DNA from: Balneolales bacterium
GTDB taxonomy: Bacteria > Bacteroidota > Rhodothermia > Balneolales > HLUCCA01
Length of the DNA: 64,000 nucleotides
Reading direction: 5' to 3'
Assembly (NCBI GenBank): GCA_024711145.1
Contig: JANJTJ010000117.1
Location: 416 to 64,415 of the forward strand
The notes under the pieces were generated by a model. That model did no database searches. It saw nothing but the letters and a program-made list of their open reading frames with translations, and had not been told where the DNA came from. The position numbers and the translations under genes are program-made. Shown piece after piece: positions 57,042-64,000 of this stretch; positions within the stretch are counted from its first letter, which is position 1; each line of letters begins with the position of its first letter.

Positions 57042-57110
57042 GGTGGTCAGGATACGGGTTCAACGGGAGCAACCGGCTCGCGGTACGGGCATGGCATCAT
57101 CATGCGAACG

Positions 57111-57138
57111 AAAAAAGCCCGTGCAAGACGGGCTTTTT
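57111..57138 (-). terminator. intrinsic terminator after tRNA-Ser
   Basis: Minus strand reads AAAAAGCCCG-TCTTGCA-CGGGCTTTTTT, 15 nt downstream of the tRNA 3' end. Confidence 0.65.
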
Positions 57139-57152
57139 CAGGAATTCGACTG

Positions 57153-57237
57153 CGGAGAGAGAGGGATTCGAACCCCCGGGCCCTTTCGGGCCTGCGGTTT
57201 TCAAGACCGCCGCATTCGACCGCTCTGCCATCTCTCC
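57153..57237 (-). tRNA. tRNA-Ser (anticodon UGA)
   Basis: Cloverleaf by hand: acceptor GGAGAGA/TCTCTCC, anticodon arm GCGGT-CTTGAAA-ACCGC, long variable arm GGCCC-GAAA-GGGCC, T-loop GGTTCGAATCC. Confidence 0.9.
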
Positions 57238-57246
57238 GGATGGGAC

Positions 57247-58116
57247 TCAGGCTTTCAAGGCTTCGGCGCCCGATACAATTTCGGAAATTTCCGTGGTAAT
57301 CGCCGCCTGCCGCGCTTGGTTGTAGGTCAGTTGCAGGGCACGCATGATCTCGGCCGCGTTTTCCGTGGCGCTGTCCATGGCCGCCATGCGGGCACCCTGC
57401 TCGCCGGCATTCGATTCGAGCACCGCACGCCAGATCTGGGTGTTCAGATGCAACGGCAGGATGGTCTCGAGCAATCCTTTGGCATCGGGTTCGAAGAGGT
57501 AGTCGGCCGGATAGGTATCCTCGGTTTGAGCGGTCGGTATGGGAAGCACCTGCTCCATCATCCGGTTCTGCGACATCACCGATTTGAACTCGTTGTAGGC
57601 CAGGAAGACCGCATCGTACCGGCCCGAGAGGAACTCGTCGGCGGCGGTACGCATGACGGCGGCGGCCGACTCGAACCGGATCTTGTCGAAGAAGCCGGCG
57701 TGCGAGCGTACCACGGTGTACCCGCGGCGGCGGAAGTGGTCGGTCGCCTTACGGCCTACCGTCACCAGATGCAGGGTTCCGGCCGCTTTCGCATCGGCGA
57801 AACGTGCCCGGATCATTTCCTCGGTGTAGCGGAACAGGTTCGAGTTGAACCCGCCGCACAACCCACGGTCGGACCCGACGACGATCAGGAGCACGTTACC
57901 CGAATCCGGACGAGCGGCGAACATGGGATGACCCTCGGCGCTGGGCGCCAGTTTGGCCATCACATCGCGCAACTTGCCGGCATAGGGCCGGGTGGCCACC
58001 ACGCGGTCCTGCGCCTTCTTCAGACGGGCCGCCGCGACCATTTTCATGGCCTTGGTGATCTGTTGCGTGCTCTTTACCGTCGCGATGCGGTTGCGGATCT
58101 CCCGAAGGTTCGCCAT
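57247..58116 (-). CDS. atpG: F0F1 ATP synthase subunit gamma
   Basis: [33 protein letters not shown]-terminus and C-terminal [15 protein letters not shown]. Confidence 0.95.
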   Translation of the reverse strand: MANLREIRNRIATVKSTQQITKAMKMVAAARLKKAQDRVVATRPYAGKLRDVMAKLAPSAEGHPMFAARPDSGNVLLIVVGSDRGLCGGFNSNLFRYTEEMIRARFADAKAAGTLHLVTVGRKATDHFRRRGYTVVRSHAGFFDKIRFESAAAVMRTAADEFLSGRYDAVFLAYNEFKSVMSQNRMMEQVLPIPTAQTEDTYPADYLFEPDAKGLLETILPLHLNTQIWRAVLESNAGEQGARMAAMDSATENAAEIMRALQLTYNQARQAAITTEISEIVSGAEALKA

Positions 58117-58120
58117 GTCC

Positions 58121-59710
<1,590 letters not shown>

Positions 59711-59738
59711 GGATTTGGTCAGGAAAAAAGAGGAATCG

Positions 59739-60272
59739 TTAGGATTGGAACAGGATTTCCATGCGTTCCAAAGCATGGGAGACCGAACCGTCGATGATGG
59801 TATCTCCGATGCGGACGGTCAGGCCACCCATCAAGGTGGGATCGACGGCGGTTGTCAACCGGACCGTACGGCCGGTCTGTTTTTCGAGCGCCACGCGGAG
59901 GGCGTCCACCGTGGCGGAATCCAGCGCGAAGGCCGAAACCGCGTTGGCTTCCACCAACCCGATATGGTGGTTGTATTGCGCTTCGTAGGCGGCGGCGATG
60001 TCGGGCAGCAGGTCCAGTTTGGAACGGGACCCCAGCAGGCCGACCAGATTGCCCATCAGCGGAGATGCCGACGGGAACACCGCATGCACCACGGCGATCT
60101 TCTTGTCGTTTTTCACCACCGGAGACGCCAGCAGACGGGCGAATTCGGCGGAACCTTCCACCGTAGACCGAATGCCTTGCAGTTCGGTCAGAAAGGTTTC
60201 CGCCGTTCCGGATTCCACCGACAATTGCAGCAGTCCCTTCGCGTAGCGGCGGGCGGCGGTGCGGGATACCAT
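59739..60272 (-). CDS. atpH: F0F1 ATP synthase subunit delta (OSCP)
   Basis: 177 aa with an [10 protein letters not shown]-terminus, positioned between atpF and atpA. Confidence 0.85.
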   Translation of the reverse strand: MVSRTAARRYAKGLLQLSVESGTAETFLTELQGIRSTVEGSAEFARLLASPVVKNDKKIAVVHAVFPSASPLMGNLVGLLGSRSKLDLLPDIAAAYEAQYNHHIGLVEANAVSAFALDSATVDALRVALEKQTGRTVRLTTAVDPTLMGGLTVRIGDTIIDGSVSHALERMEILFQS

Positions 60273-60276
60273 GGGA

Positions 60277-60786
60277 TCAGTTCCGGTTCAAATCCTGGAG
60301 GAAACGATCCACCAGCTTGCGGTTCTTCTCGGCGTCCAGTTCGGCGTGGAGAATTTTACCGGCGGCTTGGATGGCCAGATCGGCCACTTCCTGGCGGAGT
60401 TCGTCCAGGGCTCGTTTCTTCTCGGTTTCGATGGTCTGTTTCGCCTTGGCCAGGAGTTCATCGGCTTCGGATTTGGCTTTTTCGATTCGTTCGGCACGAA
60501 CCCGTTCAGCCTCTTCCACCGCCTCGCGGCGCAGTTTCAAAGCCAATGCTTCCGCCTCGCGCAGCGCCGCATCGTTGTTCTTGCGGATCTCCTCGGCGTT
60601 CTTCATGGCCTGCTCGGCCGCTTCGAGCGATCCGCGGATGGAAGATTCCCGCTCCGACAACGAGGCCAGGAGCGGTTTCCATACGAACCGACCGAGGATG
60701 AGCAGGAACCCGAAGAAGACCACGGCTGTCCAGATGAACAGCCCGGGATCCACGTTCACCAGCGAATTGGCGAATACGGGCGTCAT
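60277..60786 (-). CDS. atpF: F0F1 ATP synthase subunit b
   Basis: N-terminal TM followed by a long charged helix (AEEIRKNNDAALREAEALALKLRREA). Confidence 0.85.
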   Translation of the reverse strand: MTPVFANSLVNVDPGLFIWTAVVFFGFLLILGRFVWKPLLASLSERESSIRGSLEAAEQAMKNAEEIRKNNDAALREAEALALKLRREAVEEAERVRAERIEKAKSEADELLAKAKQTIETEKKRALDELRQEVADLAIQAAGKILHAELDAEKNRKLVDRFLQDLNRN

Positions 60787-60787
60787 C

Positions 60788-61006
60788 TCACTTCAGGGCG
60801 AGAAGGATGCAGATGGCCAGGGCGAAGAAGGTGGCGCCTTCGATCAGACCGGCCGAAATGATCATCGAAGTACGGATGTCGCCGGAAGCTTCGGGCTGAC
60901 GGGCCGTGCCTTCCATGGCGCTTTTACCGATCATGCCGATGCCGATTGCGGCGCCGATCATGGCGAGTCCGGCTCCGAGGCCGGCGGCGAGGTATGCGTA
61001 TTCCAT
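60788..61006 (-). CDS. atpE: F0F1 ATP synthase subunit c
   Basis: 72-aa hairpin with the GTARQPE loop and a conserved carboxylate helix (GLIEGATFFAL). Confidence 0.9.
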   Translation of the reverse strand: MEYAYLAAGLGAGLAMIGAAIGIGMIGKSAMEGTARQPEASGDIRTSMIISAGLIEGATFFALAICILLALK

Positions 61007-61053
61007 CGTGAGGTTCCTATTACGGGTTGGTATGGTTATGGGAGGTTCGAGAA

Positions 61054-62148
61054 TCAGTGCGCATGCCCGTGCTCGTGGTCATGCGAATGGTCGGCGGCGG
61101 CCAATCCGATGAACAAGGCACTGAACATGGTGAAGATGTACGCCTGCAGGAAGCTGGCGAAGATCTTGATGGCGTAGATGAACAGGGTGAACGGGATCCA
61201 GATCGCGGCCGACCCGATGCCCACCCAGTCGCCGAACATGTCGGCGAACAGGAAGATCATGCCCAGGATGCTGTACACGAGCATCTTGCCCGAGGCCATG
61301 TTGGCGAACAGACGTACCGTGAGGGCGAACGGCTTGGTGAACAGGCCCAGGATCTCCACCGGCGTGAGGATCACCAGCATGAACTTGGGTACGCCCGGCA
61401 TGGCCAGCACGTGCATCCAGTAATCCTTGGTTCCGGCCTTCTGCGTGATGAAGAAGGTGAACAGGGCCAGCACGGCCGTAACCATGATGTCGGAGGTGGA
61501 GGTCACTCCCCAAGGTGCCAGACCGAACAGGTTCATGAACAGGATCATGAAGAAGGCCGACAACAGGTAGGGCGTGTATTTCAGATACTTCTCTTCCCCG
61601 ATGTTGGCCTTGGCGATGTCGTCCCGAACGAAGATGACCAACGATTCGAAGATGTTCATGAAGGTGCCCCGGGGTACCAGGCCGTCTTTGCGGCTGCGGT
61701 CGTACTTGGAGGCCAACCGACCGAACAGCACGAGCACCAGCACCCCGGCGAACGCGAACCAGGCCAGGTGCGAGGTGATGGAGAAATCGAATTCGGCCGT
61801 GCTGCCGTCGGCTTTCACCAGATCGTAACTCACCGGAGCGATGGTGGTGCCGTCGGCCTTGTAGATCACGGTGTCCGGATGGGCCAGATACCAGGCGTCG
61901 GTCCAGCCGTCTCCGCTGTTCAAGGCGGCCGTGGTGGACGGATAGAACACCCAGGCACCGTCTACCCGCAGGATGCGGGGCAGCTCCACCTTGCCGATCG
62001 GTTTGAAATCGAGGTAGTGGTGATCCGATATCTTGTAAAGGATATCGATGCGCTTGGGGTTCGCGTTCGGATCGGCGGCTACGCCTGGACGGGGACCGGC
62101 CAGGAGGACCATCAACAATATGGGGAAGAATCGTAGGGCGCGTCGCAT
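61054..62148 (-). CDS. atpB: F0F1 ATP synthase subunit a (with long N-terminal periplasmic extension)
   Basis: Essential-Arg helix LTVRLFANMASG. ATG 62148 overlaps the upstream stop (TGATG). The track ORF is N-extended. Confidence 0.9.
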   Translation of the reverse strand: MRRALRFFPILLMVLLAGPRPGVAADPNANPKRIDILYKISDHHYLDFKPIGKVELPRILRVDGAWVFYPSTTAALNSGDGWTDAWYLAHPDTVIYKADGTTIAPVSYDLVKADGSTAEFDFSITSHLAWFAFAGVLVLVLFGRLASKYDRSRKDGLVPRGTFMNIFESLVIFVRDDIAKANIGEEKYLKYTPYLLSAFFMILFMNLFGLAPWGVTSTSDIMVTAVLALFTFFITQKAGTKDYWMHVLAMPGVPKFMLVILTPVEILGLFTKPFALTVRLFANMASGKMLVYSILGMIFLFADMFGDWVGIGSAAIWIPFTLFIYAIKIFASFLQAYIFTMFSALFIGLAAADHSHDHEHGHAH

Positions 62149-62522
62149 CAATCCGGGCGCTTGCTGGTCAGTTTCGTGATCTGAATAAGTTCCAGTACAG
62201 ACTTGCAAATATAAGCAACGAAAAGGGCTATTGTAAACGAGAATTCGGGTATCGGAGTCCAAACGACCAATGCCGCCAAGGCCGCCAGCAGGGCTCCCAT
62301 GCGCAGCATGAGGCTGGCGAACACGTTCCGAAGGAAGGTGTTGAAGGACTTGTGGAAATCGCGACGGATGATGTGGTACCCCACCGCCGCGTTGGCGGTG
62401 GTCAGAGCCAGGGCGATGACCACCGCCCAAGCGGCGGGTGCCCCGATCCAGGTGCGGACCATCCAGGCGGCGGCCAGGCCGGCGGCATCGATGCCGATCA
62501 GTTTGAAGAGGAACGCTCTCAT
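62148..62522 (-). CDS. atpI: ATP synthase subunit I-like membrane protein
   Basis: 124 aa, 4 TM, immediately upstream of atpB. ATG 62522 overlaps the upstream stop (ATGA). Confidence 0.55.
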   Translation of the reverse strand: MRAFLFKLIGIDAAGLAAAWMVRTWIGAPAAWAVVIALALTTANAAVGYHIIRRDFHKSFNTFLRNVFASLMLRMGALLAALAALVVWTPIPEFSFTIALFVAYICKSVLELIQITKLTSKRPD

Positions 62523-62746
62523 TTTTTGGGTTTGGTGCGGCTGTCCACCGCGGCTTTGTACACGGTTCCCATCACCAGGATGAACCCGACCAGCACGCCC
62601 AACAGCAGGCCGACCGGACTCCACCCATAGCGGGTGTCCAACCACCAACCCAACCAGATGGGCAACCCCATGTTGGCGGCCAATTGCATGCCCAACGCGG
62701 TGTGGTGGGCATATTCGGCCAGGATCCGGGGTGGCCCGGGGCGCAT
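62519..62746 (-). CDS. atpZ: AtpZ/AtpI-family small membrane protein
   Basis: 75 aa, 2 TM, with G.QLAANMGLPIWLGWWLD typical of AtpZ. Confidence 0.65.
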   Translation of the reverse strand: MRPGPPRILAEYAHHTALGMQLAANMGLPIWLGWWLDTRYGWSPVGLLLGVLVGFILVMGTVYKAAVDSRTKPKK

Positions 62747-62747
62747 G

Positions 62748-63122
62748 TCAAGCGCCTGTCTTGCTGGTCATCTGTATGCGGCCGTCTATGCGGGCCCCTT
62801 CCTCGACGGTGAAGACCGAGGTGCGCAGGTCACCTTTCACGACGGCGGTCTTCCGCAACGTGACCCGGTTCTGGCTGATGATGTCGCCGTCTATGGTGCC
62901 GGCGATGTCCATGTCGGAGGCTTCGAGGTCTCCCGTGACCGCGGCGGTGGACGCCACGATGCATTTTCCGCTTACCGTGACCCGGCCTTCCACCACACCG
63001 CCCAACCGGAAATCGTTCTGGACGGTGATGTTTCCTTCGATGCGGGTCCCTTCCGATATGATGGTGATGGCCGGGCTGTTGGCGGCATCGGTCGTTTTGG
63101 GTTTGTCGTTCTGCTGGAACAT
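62748..63122 (-). CDS. bactofilin (polymer-forming cytoskeletal protein)
   Basis: Repetitive beta-helix pattern (IEGNITVQNDFRLGGVVEGRVTVSGKCIV...GDLEASDMDIAGTIDGDII...VKGDL). ATG 63122. Confidence 0.8.
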   Translation of the reverse strand: MFQQNDKPKTTDAANSPAITIISEGTRIEGNITVQNDFRLGGVVEGRVTVSGKCIVASTAAVTGDLEASDMDIAGTIDGDIISQNRVTLRKTAVVKGDLRTSVFTVEEGARIDGRIQMTSKTGA

Positions 63123-63130
63123 GGCGGTCT

Positions 63131-63967
63131 TCAACGGTTGATGAAATAGGCTCTGGGGTCCAACGGGGTTCCGTCTTTCCACAGTTCGATATGGATGTGC
63201 GGACCGGTACTTACGATACCGGAATCCGACACATATCCCAACAGGTCTCCTCGACGCACCCGGTACCCGGCCTCCCGGGCCGACCGGTCGGCATGTTTGT
63301 ACACGCTCACGAAGCCCTGCCCATGCTGCACATGGATGATGGTGCCGTACGCCAACGTGAATTCGGCCGACATGAGCACCCCGTCGGCTACGGCGTAGAA
63401 CGGCGTGCCTACCGGCGCCGAAAGGTCCACCCCGAAATGGCCGTTGGCCGGTTCGTACGGCCGGCTGAGCACCCCATCCACCGGATATCTGATGGGGAAG
63501 GTCAAGGCCGAAGTTTCCGTGCGCACACCGCCCTGGGCCGGCGAGGCCGGTACGGGTTCGGCCGCACCCACCGGTATGCTAGGTACTTTTTCCAAGGCCG
63601 AAGGCAGCACGATGGTGGTGTCGGAGGCGTCGTAAAGTACCTGCTTGATGTTGTCCAACTGGGCGTCCCGCATGTCGATGGTGTCCTGCAAGGCCAACAG
63701 GCGCCCGCCCAGGGCCACGATCTCCTCACGGATGGCTTCGTCTTCCCGGTTGTAGATGCGGTCTCCCAACGGGGTGACATACAGGATGGTGCCGATCACC
63801 CCCACACCGAAACCGAGGGTGATCAGGTACAGGGCCACGAACCAGATGGGGGTGAACCGGAACGATTTGGGATGGTCGGGGTCGGAATCGCGCCAGACGA
63901 CGAAATTGAGGCTGTCGTGCCGCAGTTGGATGAGGAATCCCAACAGGGACCGGAACAGGCCGAGCAT
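63131..63967 (-). CDS. M23-family (LytM) metallopeptidase
   Basis: N-terminal TM, coiled region, and HFGVDLSAP...HVQH...GPHIHIELW zinc-ligand motifs. Confidence 0.9.
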   Translation of the reverse strand: MLGLFRSLLGFLIQLRHDSLNFVVWRDSDPDHPKSFRFTPIWFVALYLITLGFGVGVIGTILYVTPLGDRIYNREDEAIREEIVALGGRLLALQDTIDMRDAQLDNIKQVLYDASDTTIVLPSALEKVPSIPVGAAEPVPASPAQGGVRTETSALTFPIRYPVDGVLSRPYEPANGHFGVDLSAPVGTPFYAVADGVLMSAEFTLAYGTIIHVQHGQGFVSVYKHADRSAREAGYRVRRGDLLGYVSDSGIVSTGPHIHIELWKDGTPLDPRAYFINR

Positions 63968-64000
63968 GCCGTCAGCGGTTGGAATAGTTGGGTGCTTCCT

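Noticed and set aside
57153-57237. tRNA-Ser as an integration site for a genomic island covering the TolC...MMPL region downstream.
   Set aside because: No integrase, recombinase or transposase was found. I could find no direct repeat of the tRNA 3' end elsewhere in the window. There is no obvious compositional break.
63972-64000. Possible 3' end of another minus-strand CDS (..EAPNYSNR*) at the right window edge.
   Set aside because: Only 29 nt are visible, too little to support a feature call.

Overview
Visibly GC-rich (not computed), very gene-dense chromosomal segment. It most likely comes from a Bacteroidota/Rhodothermota-like (FCB-group) bacterium. That placement is inferred from a T9SS C-terminal sorting domain, PorV/PorQ-type barrels, BshC, an atp operon with AtpZ/AtpI and a long-N-terminus subunit a, and several matches to the Bacteroidota -33 TTG / -7 TAnnTTTG promoter pattern. 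Content is almost entirely core metabolism and housekeeping. Minus strand: a biotin cluster (bioF, esterase, bioC, bioD, bioA) convergent with bioB; a complete trp operon (trpE-trpS-trpG-D-C-F-B-A); pssA/psd/rseP/dxr/pgeF/aroE; tmk/PspC/MTHFS/bshC; mutL; recO/htrA; an envelope-export neighbourhood (TolC, MlaC-like, flippase, DUF3047, MMPL); tRNA-Ser(UGA); and M23-bactofilin-atpZ-atpI-atpBEFHAG. Plus strand: a four-gene T9SS-related cluster and nuoA-H followed by mtaB, a family-4 UDG and dnaB. Many adjacent genes share ATGA, GTGA or TGATG start/stop overlaps, and most long ORFs in the track carry spurious N-terminal extensions or are antisense shadows caused by high GC. I found no mobile element, CRISPR array or recognisable defence system. 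The most interesting unlisted items: (1) a 15-codon leader ORF with three tandem Trp codons plus an intrinsic terminator just upstream of trpE; (2) trpS embedded in that attenuated operon; (3) an uninterrupted head-to-tail chain from the trp leader through a DUF4837 lipoprotein into the bio genes; (4) a beta-propeller T9SS cargo coupled to two PorV/PorQ-like barrels; (5) a TolC/MlaC-like pair near a DUF3047-MMPL pair without canonical partners; (6) a 59-bp tandem repeat with a 22-bp core present four times; and (7) AT-rich palindromes in two promoter regions. All functional calls rest on motif recognition by eye. No database search was run.
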